Source of the DNA: Trichinella spiralis
Taxonomy: Eukaryota
Direction of reading: 5' to 3'
Assembly: GCF_000181795.1 (NCBI RefSeq)
Contig: NW_003526944.1
Span: 186,001-250,000, forward strand
DNA: 64,000 nucleotides
The position numbers were made by a program, and so were the translations under genes. Shown here piece by piece: positions 1 through 12,040 of this stretch. The notes beneath the pieces were generated by a model. The model was not told where the DNA came from. It searched no databases and saw nothing but the letters and a program-made list of their open reading frames with translations. The number at the start of each line of letters is the position of its first letter. Positions within the stretch are counted from its first letter, which is position 1.

Positions 1-638
1 ATAATAATTCCAAATTATTATAATTGGTCAAGATTGTAACCTATTCTCAAAAATGTACATGCATCAATGTACATTATACAAGTACAATAGAAATACAATC
101 AGTGCAACCTATAAAAGCACTCAACTGTTCCATGAAATTCATTCATTTAAAAATTAAATTCCATATTCACATTGTTAACATGAGGTATGCATTTTTTAAA
201 ACAAAATTAAAAAAAACATTTTTTCATAAATTAAAAATGAAATGTTTTTTAATAACTATATGTGTATATAAGCACTTGCTCTAAAGAATTGGAACAAGTA
301 ATTTATAATACAATTCATTTGCATGTGCAATGATAGATGCTTCCAAGTCAGAAATTTATGAAATAAATATGAAAAAGTTGCATTTTCCATTTTCAGTTAA
401 GCTTAAATTTCACCCAATTGAACTAACTAGCCATTCAACTAGATGCGAACCGCAATTTGAATTGGTCAATTTCATTATCTTTTCCAATTACCAAAAAGTA
501 TGTGCCTAGGTCTCATTTATCACCACACATCAGAGTAGTACAAAATGTATTGCTTCATCATCTATATATTAATATGAGCCGTTGAATTCAATTTAATAAT
601 GAATATCGTAAATAAATAAATAAACATATATTATATAC

Positions 639-660
639 GTGTGTGTGTGTGTGTGTGTGT
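639..660. repeat. (GT)n microsatellite
   Basis: Uninterrupted GT dinucleotide run. Confidence 0.95.
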
Positions 661-1544
661 CTGAATTGAAATTGAATTTGAAATTGCAAAATATAAATAT
701 TTTTCACAAAACTATATTGTTTTCTCAGTTGCTTCTTGTAATAATAATACTAATTAAAATTTCGTATTTAAAAAAATAATTTTTTTATCTATTGCAATTT
801 ATAAAAAATAAAAGTAAAAAACAAATTTACATAAAGATCTGCGGGAATATGTTTCGTATGTTAAAAGTGAAACAGTAAGCAGTGTGTGCGTTCAGGTTAC
901 AAGTTGACGTACCGATTTTTGAATGGAATAACTTGAAGAAATTTGCATTGGGATAGAAAATGAGATATATAGAAATGAAAAATGAAAAAAAATTTCTTGC
1001 AAGTGTACTTTTGAGAAGAAAGGTGGAAGTGAAGTAAAAAAAGCATATTATTTATTATTTATGATTATTGCCAAGTTTTACGGAAACGAGTGGCCGAATT
1101 TCGTTGCTACCCAAAGTGTCGTCCACAAGGGTCACGGGCACCGGACAGTCACCCGATGACAGTTCAAAAGATACTGCTTTGCTGGTTTTCATCGACAACA
1201 AATACAAAACAGTGGACAGCTCAGACGGGCGTGTCCTTGGAGGGCGGTCGATTGTAGAGCGCTTATCGGCCGCAACCTTTTGGTAAACAACAACCGTCTG
1301 AACGCTGGCTGTCCAGCAGTGGACTGCTAGCTAAAAGCTAGAGTGGACTTTTCGCACGGCCGAGCCTGGCCGTGCCTGGCCGTTCGGCCCTCAAAATACA
1401 CAAACATGTTTTTCACAATCCAGCCCCGCAAATGATGAAAAGCAACGCAAATGAACAAACACTGTTGCATCAGCATGGGTGGGTTCAAGAAAACGCAACT
1501 GCCAGCCGCGCCTGGCAAGCCTGACTAAACGATGGTCACCACAG

Positions 1545-1546
<2 letters not shown>

Positions 1547-1592
<46 letters not shown>
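1547..1592. repeat. (TA)n microsatellite
   Basis: Uninterrupted TA run of 46 nt. Confidence 0.95.
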
Positions 1593-1593
<1 letters not shown>

Positions 1594-4500
1594 CTCGCTA
1601 AAACAACTGACCAGTTTTCACCTTACTCGTCAACAACAAAGATTTGCATGAAACTGGTTGTGCTTAGCACGCAGAAAACTCGTCATCCGTCATCATCACT
1701 TCTCCATTTCTCTCTTATTATATTATATTATTTCTCATTTCTATTCATATTCTTCTTATTTAAACTCTCTCTTTCTCTACCTCTCTACTTGATCAGTATA
1801 GCAAGCATATTTGCATCATCATCAACAACAACAACAACAACAACACATTCCAGAATATCACAATATGTAAAATAAAATAAAATAAAATATACAACACCTC
1901 CTTATATCAGATTTTAAGAAAACCTATTCTCACTTACAGTTCTCGTTCGTTAATCATTGCAAACTGAAATCACAGGCAAACAAAAATTGAACTATTATTC
2001 ATTTTCATCAATATGAACCCCGTATCAAGATTCCATTTCAATTTTAATTATTAATTAATAGAATAAATTTTTTACTTACCACTTTATAATAAAAATGCAT
2101 CATTGTAGACGAAAAAATTGTTGGTAGCTTCTTCTTCTTCTTCTTGTTATAAATTGCAGATGATGGATAGAGATACTCCTGTGTCACAGTTTCAACAGAA
2201 TCATTGTCATCAAAAATATCGAAGCAATTGCTTTATTGGTGGCGGCACTGTTGCGAGATGATTGACATATGTTCGTTTTCTTAAAATATTTGAAATTTTT
2301 GCCGTTTTCTTATAAAATTAAACAAATTTATAACTAACCGTTTGACAGTTATTAATTATTTCTGATTAATTTCAAAAAGAAAATATATCAAACACAATTT
2401 CAGCAGAGAAACGTGACGCCAAATGACAATAACGATGGTGAAATCACTTTTACATTTTATCTAATGCATTTTACCGGAAACAATTAATTACAATCAACTT
2501 TCTGATTTTCGATTCCAAAAATTAATTGATCAACGCCCTTGTGATCATAAAATTTAAACATTTTCAGCAAATGAAAACTTAAAATCAACTTAAAAGAAAT
2601 GCTTTTCTTTTCAAAATTATTATCTTTTGAATATTCATTCATACGGTTATATGTATCGAATTAATATGTATATTTTGTATAAAAAGTGCCAAATCAATTT
2701 AAAATAATTTTCAATTTTGTATAATTGATTTGCATAAAATTTTAGAAAAATTAGCACTTTCGAATGAGAAAGGAAAGATGGAAATAAATTCAATCTTCTA
2801 TAGCTTACTGGTTATTATTTTTTTCGTTGTTTAACTCTGTCAAACACCTGCATTCAGGACGCGGCAGATGTGGTTGTGTATACTGCCTTTTTGCCAATAT
2901 CCCTGTAGCCAGATGTAGCCTGCTATTGACCGTTGAACTCAGATGACCTGAAATAAATCATTTGGAGAAAGGTAAGATTTAAAGGACTTTAATTACAAAG
3001 GGATCAGCATGGCAAGGAAAGATAAAAAAATATATATATGTATGCATTAACATGTAATTAAGTGACCATTTTCTTAGCTTAGAAAATTTTATCGGAAATC
3101 GAAACAATTGCAATTAATAAACATGGATTTGAAAAAATGAAAAATTTGTTGGATACAAATTGAACAATATATTTCAGTATAATTTCAAGTTGTTGACGTA
3201 AACATTTTTACCACTTGGCATATAAACGCGAATCAAATGTAATCATAAAAAAATATTTGACTTTTTGAAATACGACATAGTTAATCAATACTTAAACTGA
3301 TAATCATAATTATAATCTGTCAATTGTTAACCATTTCTAAATTTTACCATATACAAAATATACAATAAATACATCTGTATAAATACACTGAATAAAATGA
3401 AACGAAAAATATCGCTGTATTGCATTAAATATTGCGTGATAATTTCATTTTCAAAGAAATAAAATTACAAAATTAACCCTATTGAACAGAATATTTGAAT
3501 GAACAGAATTTGAAGAATAGATCTTCATGGGTGATGAACATAACAATAATGTTAAATTGAAAACAATTATTTCGAATCCCAAAATTCATTAAAAGTAATA
3601 TCAGTCAAAAATCATTACAAATATCTATTAATTCGTTTTCAATTTTATAATTTATTATACAAAAAGTGCTTTATGAAACCATTCGATTCGACAACTCATT
3701 CCATAAATATATCAAGACGTAACAATACAATCAAGTAAAACTTTTATATGCTGTAGATTACTTATTGATTTTCACGACATTTTATCATACTGTAGCTTAT
3801 GTATTTTTTTTATGTATGTATTTTTTCAACAAGTAATATTTTTCTCCTGAATTATTTAAGTAAGTCTTTTCACATGTTTAATTTAAAATGATGAGGAATA
3901 AATAAAAATTTACAATTCTAATTATTCCAAATAATTGATTGTTTAATTTGAAAAGTTAACAATTTGACTTGGCAGTTCTATATACTTATTATTCAGCTAT
4001 TCATATTTCAATAAACGTAGTGTTGAATATTTATTATCTAAAGTAAATATTGTGGGAAATGGATATGGTTGAAGTGAGAAATGAATGGAATGCGAATGCC
4101 AGTTTTTGTACATATAATTCAGTTACGTTTTCTTTTTTCATATCTTTATGTTTTAACTGTTATTTAAATGTTCTCAGTTATTTTTTGACATTTATTTGTA
4201 GTGAAATAATTCACGTTATTACATTATACAAATGAAAACATGTTCATTGCAGCTTAGTTATGTTTCTGTTACATGTCTGTTATTTGAATTTAAACAGTCA
4301 AGCAATTTTATATCATGATAAGGTATTAATGACGAATTAATTGTAATAACTTTAAATTTTCTTATTATTTATTTTTTAGATTATATTCGTTGTTAAGTCT
4401 GTTAAATGCTAAGTTAAATTTAGAATTGCATCAGATAATGTTTACTTGTTTTTTTGAGTTATACCATGTTTGTTTGCATTGCTCATGACAAATATTTAGA

Positions 4501-4991
4501 TTTACATTAAATTACATCTCAGAAATATAATAAAGGCAATTTTCCCGTACACACTTCTGACTGTAAGGTGCATTGTTGAAGAATTTTTAAACCAATGTTT
4601 GTAAGACTTTTCTTCATTATTTTGTCATTCATGTTTTTCAGTATTAAAATTAAAAAAATTTTCAGTTAACTGCGTGAGTTTGAATGTAAGAGGTTTCGAA
4701 TAAGATTATCAAGAACAAATTATTCTTACTGTAAATATTGCTAAATGTTTTCATTGAACAGTGCGTTTTGAAGTAAATATTTTAATATTTACAGCTTGTT
4801 AATGAAATTAATTGAGAATGATTAACATCTTCGAATATAAAGTGTGGGGCTATTATGCGGTATCATAATTTGGCAGTGTATTACATTTCTCAACATGGGT
4901 TGGATTTTGTCATAAAAAGTATCTCTTGGCTGTTCTGATATTTCACGGAGTGTACAATATTGTTTCATAGAACGTGGGAAATTTGATTCAA

Positions 4992-5241
4992 ATGCCGGCT
5001 GGTGTCAGTTGGGGGCAATATGCAAAGACAGTGACCGTATTTTTCCTGTCTAGTATTCTTGGTTCATCGTTGGTCAGCGCATACTATCGTCCATTAGATG
5101 TCTGTTTCATTTTTATTAAAATACTGATTGTTTTATTATATTACACTCGTCTGTTTTATTTAGAATTTATATGACCGATTGCTTTTTGGAAAGCTAGAGA
5201 TTTTAGAAGAAATTCTTGCCAAAGAACAACAGCATTCTTAA
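4992..5241 (+). CDS. UQCC6: BRAWNIN/C12orf73-like microprotein (complex III assembly factor), 61 aa, 2 exons (4992-5099, 5164-5241)
   Basis: Exon 1 encodes MPAGVSWGQYAKTVTVFFLSSILGSSLVSAYYRPLD, matching the BRAWNIN/DUF4516 pattern MPAGV...hydrophobic helix...YYRP. GT at 5100, TTTAG ending 5163. Exon 2 encodes NLYDRLLFGKLEILEEILAKEQQHS then TAA at 5239-5241. Confidence 0.85.
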
Positions 5242-5245
5242 AACG

Positions 5246-6169
5246 ATGGCATCCGATACAGCTTTCAAACGTATTTTTAAGCAATTCAAGTCGTCTTCCG
5301 GTTCAGATGCCATCCAAAAAGCGATAGATCCTTCTACAGAATCTGGCTCTGCTTGCTTTAAACCGTTTCAGCTAATTCCACTTCCAGAAGGCTTGGCTGC
5401 CAATCACTTAGCCGAGGTCGGATTGCATGCAGACCTGGGCTTTTGGAAAGCTGCCGAATTGTCCTCAAAGCCGGGCTTGATTCTGATTCGTAACGCCTTC
5501 ACCAGTCTTGGTCAGTATTTCTGGGTTCAGACATGCATGAAGAGCTTCCCAACACTTCCGCACCGATCCAACTTGGGCGGTGCCAGCGTATTAGGCAAAG
5601 TCGGCACAGAGCTGGCGAACAATGCAGAACTTTGCGCTCGGTTGCGTTGGATCACGTTCGGCTATCATCACGATTGGGATTCAAAAGTCTACTCGAATCA
5701 GGAACGTTCACTAATTCCTCGAGAACTGGCTCAGCTCAGTCGAATCATAGCCGGTAGGGTTGGCTATGCAGATTATGAACCTGAAGCGACTATTATCAAT
5801 TATTACAACGCCAAGACAACCATGTCCGGTCATGTCGACACTTCGGAAAGGAATCTCGATGCACCATTGATTTCAGTCAGTTTAGGTCAAACGGCAATCT
5901 TTTTAATTGGCACATCGAAACCATCTGATCCGCCCGAAGCCTTGGTACTTCGTAGTGGTGATATAGTTGTGATGAGTGGACCTTCGCGTGTTGCATTTCA
6001 CGCTTTGCCTAGGGTAATATGCAATGTACGTTATTCGAAACGCGCTTTTCAAGAAGAACAACAACAACAACAAGACGCCACATTTGAACTTGTTGAAGAA
6101 ATTGATCCACTGATTGTTGGTTACATGAATGCTCATAGAATCAATTTGAATATTCGTCAAGTCGATTGA
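5246..6169 (+). CDS. ALKBH1: Nucleic acid dioxygenase AlkB homolog 1, intronless
   Basis: LRWITFGYHHDWDSKVY, EATIINYY, HVD iron ligands, APLISVSLGQTAIFLIG, LRSGDIVVMSGPSRVAFHALPR and C-terminal RINLNIRQV are ALKBH1 motifs. First ATG is at 5246. Confidence 0.95.
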   Translation: MASDTAFKRIFKQFKSSSGSDAIQKAIDPSTESGSACFKPFQLIPLPEGLAANHLAEVGLHADLGFWKAAELSSKPGLILIRNAFTSLGQYFWVQTCMKSFPTLPHRSNLGGASVLGKVGTELANNAELCARLRWITFGYHHDWDSKVYSNQERSLIPRELAQLSRIIAGRVGYADYEPEATIINYYNAKTTMSGHVDTSERNLDAPLISVSLGQTAIFLIGTSKPSDPPEALVLRSGDIVVMSGPSRVAFHALPRVICNVRYSKRAFQEEQQQQQDATFELVEEIDPLIVGYMNAHRINLNIRQVD

Positions 6170-6259
6170 TTGAACAACACTTTGAAAATTCATAATTAAA
6201 AAAATTTATTCGAACTTATTTAAATCTTTCATTTTCTGAAACCATTTCACAGGGGATGT

Positions 6260-6573
6260 TCAAACCCATTCTGGTACAGCATACGGATCGATGTCAAGCA
6301 TGCGACTAGGCATGCCAAAACCGTAAAGAAGTAAAGCATCCACTATTCTCGGGGGGTAGAATTTTTCCATTCCTGCTGGACTTGATAGCTGCAGAAACTG
6401 TGTGTCAACTTGAAATTGACAACATTTTATATATTAATTTTTTTAATGATACAATCACAGACCACTTGCTTACCTAAGATGTACTTGCTTGCTGGTAATG
6501 GAATGGGAAAGGAAGTTGTAAAATAAATGTTCAACTGGACATAAAGTAATAAAACAATCGTGCAATATTTCAT
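6260..6573 (-). CDS. Putative small secreted peptide, 2 exons, donor site ambiguous
   Basis: ATG at 6573 gives signal-peptide-like MKYCTIVLLLYVQLNIYFTTSFP. Donors after 6474 (GTAAG) or 6463 (GTCTG); CTGCAG acceptor with exon 2 from 6388. AATAAA on the minus strand at 6205-6210. No family recognised. Confidence 0.45.
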
Positions 6574-6886
6574 TGTCGATGTATCTTCAGCAGCCACTGA
6601 CTTCTGTTCAAATAAGTAAGCTAGGTAGACAGAAAACATTTACAGTACGCGTTATGTATTATTTATTACTAAAACAGGCAAATGAAAATGAAATTGATGA
6701 AATGTCATCAACGATTCATTTCACTATCCGTTACGAAGGAAGTACTGTAATATATGGACAAGTTTGTTTGCGAAAATAACCAGTAAACTGATTAAAAGAT
6801 AAATAAATGTATAAGAAATTCCACAAAGCATTTTTATTATTTCATGAGAATTGTTTCTAAGAAACAGTCAAACTTCTGCACGCCCG

Positions 6887-7179
6887 ATGCTTCTTCGTTC
6901 AAAGTGGTCGCTGCATTTAATGTTCATCTCAATAATGATCACCATACTTGTTGAGTCGTACAGATGTGCAGGTGTGCTGATTTTGTTGTGCTGTTTTACT
7001 TCAAGAAAGTTATTCAATTGATGAATATGCTTTTCTTTCCAGTGTTGAAGCGCGAACGTCGTCAATTTTGGGATCCGTTTAACATGGGCTGGGGCATGTA
7101 CAACGGTTTTGGAGGCTTCGGAATGTATGACATGTACGGAGGCTATGGTGGGCTTGGTTATGGATTTCCAATGTGGTAG
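6887..7179 (+). CDS. Secreted Gly/Tyr/aromatic-rich peptide precursor (NLP/caenacin-like composition), 73 aa, exons 6887-6971 and 7043-7179
   Basis: Spliced product MLLRSKWSLHLMFISIMITILVESYRCAVLKRERR-QFWDPFNMGWGMYNGFGGFGMYDMYGGYGGLGYGFPMW. Has a signal peptide, a furin-type RxRR site and a YGGYG motif; 71-nt GT-AG intron with compatible phase 1. Confidence 0.8.
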
Positions 7180-8066
7180 ATTTGCCTTCACGTTCCGCTA
7201 TTTATAAAAGCAGGCAAACTGTGGCGGTGAAAAATGACCTGATATCGAGCTGAGTGTGATATATGCTTTCAAAATGAGTAATTTTCCCTGATTAAATTAT
7301 CATAATTGGCATATGGACAATTGGTATATTCGGTAATTTAGAACAATAAAACATAAAATCAAAGTGAGCTGAACTTTTGCCTATTTTGCGTTGCATTACA
7401 AAGAAAAGAGGGAAGATGCTATCAAAAAATTGAGTATCAGAAATTCAAAATTAGAATAATGCAAAAACTATAACTAATTCAATAAATAAAAAACGTAAGC
7501 TTATTGAAATTTCATAAATTGAATAACAAATCCTTTGGGAAATAAATAATGCAAATTCAAAAAGTGGAATAAATTTTCTCAGTTTCCCGCAACTCGACAA
7601 CGTCGAACTAAATTAAACAACCAAGTGCCACTGTTTATAATGCATTACAATACGAATTTCAATAACTTAAAAGCAAAAAAAATTTTTTTAAAGGTTAAAA
7701 ATGAGCTAATTCAAATGTATATCTACTAAATGATCATTCTCAGTATAATAAAAAAAAATTTCATGCATACCATTTTGTTTCTATGTAATACGAGCTGATT
7801 TGTGAAAGCTGAGGCAATCGATCGACTATGTTCCAAAAAGAATTCTTCTCCTCTTCTAGCTCTTTCTCTTGCTTAAAAAAAATTTCTCCTATGATACTTC
7901 ACATTGTTTGAGTGCATCGTTGATTAAAATGCAAAACAGTAAGGAAAAGAGAATATACGAACATACATATTTATGCATACATAATACAAACAAATAGAGA
8001 TAAGAAGAAACGTTAAATTCAAGAATTATGAAACTAAAAATGAAAACAAATAATAATGATAATAAT

Positions 8067-11000
8067 TTAGGCAACAGAAGCATCATCCAGAGAAGTGGAA
8101 TTTGCGGTAGGACGTTTGGCACAGGAAATGCCTTCAAAATAAACGCTGCTTTTTCGAAAAGTGATCATGTTCGTGAATGGATATTCAACTGCACTGTCGG
8201 CGTACAAATAGCAGTGCTTAAATTTTCCAAGAAAAACGGACAAATTCGCTGACCGGCAATTACGTTTGGCACATTCCACGAAACAATGCAGCGGCTCTTG
8301 AACGAGAAATTTTTCAATCAGCTGACGACCGTTGAATTCAGCGTCAAAGAAAGCACTGTACGTGCAACTTCCACCTGCATATTCGGCAACGTCAAATTTA
8401 GCTGTGGTCAGCGATTCCTCACCAGGCAGAGGAACTTCAGTGGCCGCCGTGGTCGACTGCTTGTCTTCAAATTTCGTAGTTGAAGGAGAAGCAGCAGATG
8501 ATGACGACGACGACGATGATGATGACGAGGCTTCCAGCTCAGAACGTCGCGCTTCCATGATTGCATTATCAGGAACAATTTTTCGTTTCGTTTCATTCTC
8601 AATTACTGGAACCGAAGAAGAAATATCTGACATAACCGGCTTTGCCATTGGTTCACTTTGCACTGCATTAGGAGAGGCATGGCTCACTTCAACAGATGGT
8701 GCAGCTGCTTTTACCTTTTTCGCGATCACATCTTCACAAAAAATAAAAAAAATAATATTCAAAACTGCAATGCAACAAACATCAATTAATAAATAATAAA
8801 AATTTAATTTAAACTATGTGTAGCAGTTCAGTTCAAAACATTATATATTGCATTTATCCTGCGTTCCAATATACTGTAATGGCAATACTATATTCGAAGT
8901 AAAATCTAAGTAATTGTTACACTGTGATTTGACAAATATGCAATTTATAAAATTACAAATTGCTTATTGTTTCAGAAGTGAAAATTTTCTTCTGTAACTG
9001 ATAAATTTCAAGTGGTGGTCTTACCTTGACCCTGTATGAAACCTGGTCTAGGAATGTCTTGCGAAAGCTGCTGAGTTGCACATTGTTCAACATATTTCTG
9101 ACCTCTGTTACCTGTAATATAGCATAATATAATATATAATAATTTACTTATTATTTATTTATACATTAAAAACGAAAAAGTCAATAAAAAATGATAACTA
9201 CCTTTCTCAGTACACAAGTAATCAAAATAACTGAAACGATCTGGTGAAAATGTAATTTTAGAAAACTGCCTTGGTCGCTGAGCCCGGTTAAATTTGTTCA
9301 ACCAGCATGTGCCCGTATCCCAAATGTACATCAGTGACAAGCAACGAAAACCGTACAATCGTTCACTGTCAACACACATACACTTGCATTCTTCCAACGT
9401 CATATGGCTTTTACTGTGCTCAACGGACCCACTGAGTGCGTAACCACTAATTTCCAAAAAGCATGAATCCGTGTATTCTAGAATTAAGAAAGAAAATTCC
9501 ATTTTCATTTCTAAGAAGAAACAACAAACAATAATTCACCTCCTGGTGGAACGGATATTTCTAACGTTGGTTTGGGAGTTAGCGGCTCTGCAAGAAATTC
9601 TGCCTTCTGATTATAATTTTCATCTACTTTCACACCAAAGTTGTCCAAATTGCTTCTAGACAACGTATGCTTTACAGTTTCTGTCACGTCTTCCTCTTTG
9701 ACAGCGGCACAACGAGCAGTCAACTGCGCCAACTTCTTGCCTACAATTAATTAATTAATTAATTAACATCTTGATTCTTCAGTGACAAAAATGATATCAC
9801 AAATGAAAAATGCATTCACCTTCACAGGATGCGTCCAAATACATGACAGAGCTGAAATCCGCCTCTTGCTTAAACAAATCCGGTCGTTGCCAACGATCGT
9901 AGACATTCAATATGCAGTTTCTCTCTTTTGGAAAATAAGAAGCGGAACGACAAACAAAATTGAATTTTTCATTTTTTACACTTCCAAAGCACAAACAACG
10001 ACATTCTTCAATTGAAACGTCGCGTTCCAATGCAGCAGCTGCACCTTTCAACGAGTGACCAACAACAATATCATGGCACTCAACTTTCCACTTTGATTCA
10101 GAATTCAAAACTCGACTCTCGCTGCAAGATTCAAACAGATACTTGAAAAGTCTGCGTCGATCACTTTTGCAAGTAAATTCATATAATGAAGTGGTCATTG
10201 TGCGCACTTCAATCAAATCATCACCAAACGGCACATCCGACGATCCAACGGCAGATATACTGTTTAAAACACACTCTTGCCTTTCTGGATAGTATTGAAT
10301 TGAACTACAAACACCGTTGGAACCAAGCCAAGCCTGGGCGCAGCTGCACTGGCAATCAGTCAAGCTGTAACCTCTGTAAACTAAATAAGCGGACTTCACC
10401 ACCGCCTGTTGTCCCAAATCAGTAAAGCATTTTTCTAAAGAATGAAAAGTTAATTTGACAATTTAGTAACACAGTTTAAAGAAATCATATCATATCATAT
10501 CATGAAAACAAATAAAACCTTACCCACAGTGCTGTTGTGAGTTGCACTTTTTTCAGCAACTACCTCAGGTTTTACACGTTTCGTCTTCATTTCTGGAATG
10601 TTCACAGTTTTCAAAATTCCAGACGAACGATCCACCACAGACGGATCCTCAGAGATGGAATACATTAGCGACGAACCACTGTTCTCAGCAGCGTTCAAAT
10701 TGCTGCTAAGAAGAGATGCATTTTTAGCCTGATCTTCCAAAGGTGCAGTCGAGATTGGATCTAGTGCCCTCGCTAAACAAAACAAAAAAATATATTCATC
10801 AGATACTTTAACAATCTTTTCAAAAATGACCAAAATTTTTCAAAAATAACACAACAATACTTACGTTTCCCAGGGCAAAAAATGCACGTCACAATTAACG
10901 GAATGGAAATATCTTCAGCAATTCTAGGTGATGGAATTTTCTTTTCTTTGTCATCTCCACACGCGTCCAGTGCCGCATAACCAAATTTGCACTGCTTAGC

Positions 11001-11432
11001 AACTGGATCAAAAATAGCCGAACGACAAAAAGTCCCCTTATAACAAAGGCGTACGCAGTCTTCGAGCGAATCAACATCAGATACAACACCAAAAAAGAGA
11101 AAATCGGTTTTTCTCAATTCAGATATCGGATGTACGTCATAAATAAGCGACTGATCAGCGCAATCTAGAATTAAAATAAAATTAATTTCTCAAAACCATC
11201 ACCCATGCCATTTATATTAAACCTTTCTTATGAAATTACTTCCTTGTCAAATAAAGGATAATTTTATTTTGATTTGTTGTTAATTTTTGATCATTGCATA
11301 CATACCTGTGTAGATTTGAGAATGTGCAACAGCAGCAGCAGCAGCAGTAGTATAATGATAAAAAATCAGATAATTAAAAGAAAGAAAAACATAAACAAGA
11401 AAAATTCTACAATTAGTCAAAGTAAGCAGCAT
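8067..11432 (-). CDS. Secreted multi-PAN/Apple-domain protein (about five PAN modules), multi-exon
   Basis: Hydrophobic first exon MLLTLTNCRIFLVYVFLSFNYL... (11432-11306). PAN Cys patterns: SLEDCVRLC..FCRSAIFD..QCKF; SLTDCQCSC..CSSIQYY..ECVLN; SIEECRCLC..CRSASYF..NCILN; TLEECKCMC..CLSLMY..TCWLN; HCFVECAKRNCRSA..HCYLY. Ser/Thr-rich linkers; stop at 8067. Confidence 0.85.
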
Positions 11433-12019
11433 TTTGTTGATCAAACAACCAACCAACAAGATGTAAACTGCAATAAATGCAGCACAAAACACTCCTAATG
11501 AACTATTACAAAGTGAAACAGATGATCCATTACGCAAACTTGACATTTGCATTTACGACCCTGACACGTTGACATGTAAAACGGTAACCTAGCCTGAACG
11601 CTTAACCTGCTGCTGATGATGCCATGCGCCAGGTCGAACTTCAACAGAATTTGCCAAAGGAAAATAACAAATAAAAAACAAAACAAAAAACACACAAACA
11701 AGCAAACAGCATAAGCACCATTGACGACAAATCAAAACAACAAGCAAACTGCTGCCAGTGAGGTCAGCTAAAATTAATGCTTTATTATCAATAATCAAAA
11801 GTCAACAATTGCAAAAAGGTTTCATCTCATTTTTTTTAAAAAATATCTTGATGTAACATAATTTAGAACTGTCAAAGATAAATATTTGTCATATGCTTCG
11901 GTACAAGGAACGTCTTTTCACATTTACTGCGCATACACCAAGTCATGCTAGACAAACAGTTAGTGCAATGAAAAGTACACAAAAACAGTTGCATTCATCG
12001 AAACTTAGCACCCTTTGAA

Positions 12020-12040
12020 TGTGTGTGTGTGTGTGTGTGT
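12020..12040. repeat. (TG)n microsatellite
   Basis: Uninterrupted TG run. Confidence 0.9.

Noticed and set aside
2076..2270. Minus-strand exon ending in GTAAGT
   Set aside because: No convincing ATG-initiated frame or recognisable product; at most a 5' UTR exon.
4800..4990. SMIM4/sloth1 ORF upstream of BRAWNIN, as in the Drosophila bicistron
   Set aside because: The short upstream ORF I translated shows no SMIM4-like sequence (no RFLP.FF.LG...EW.MI).
11223..11242. 20-nt micro-exon in the PAN gene
   Set aside because: It would shift the frame; direct splicing 11306>11164 is already in phase.
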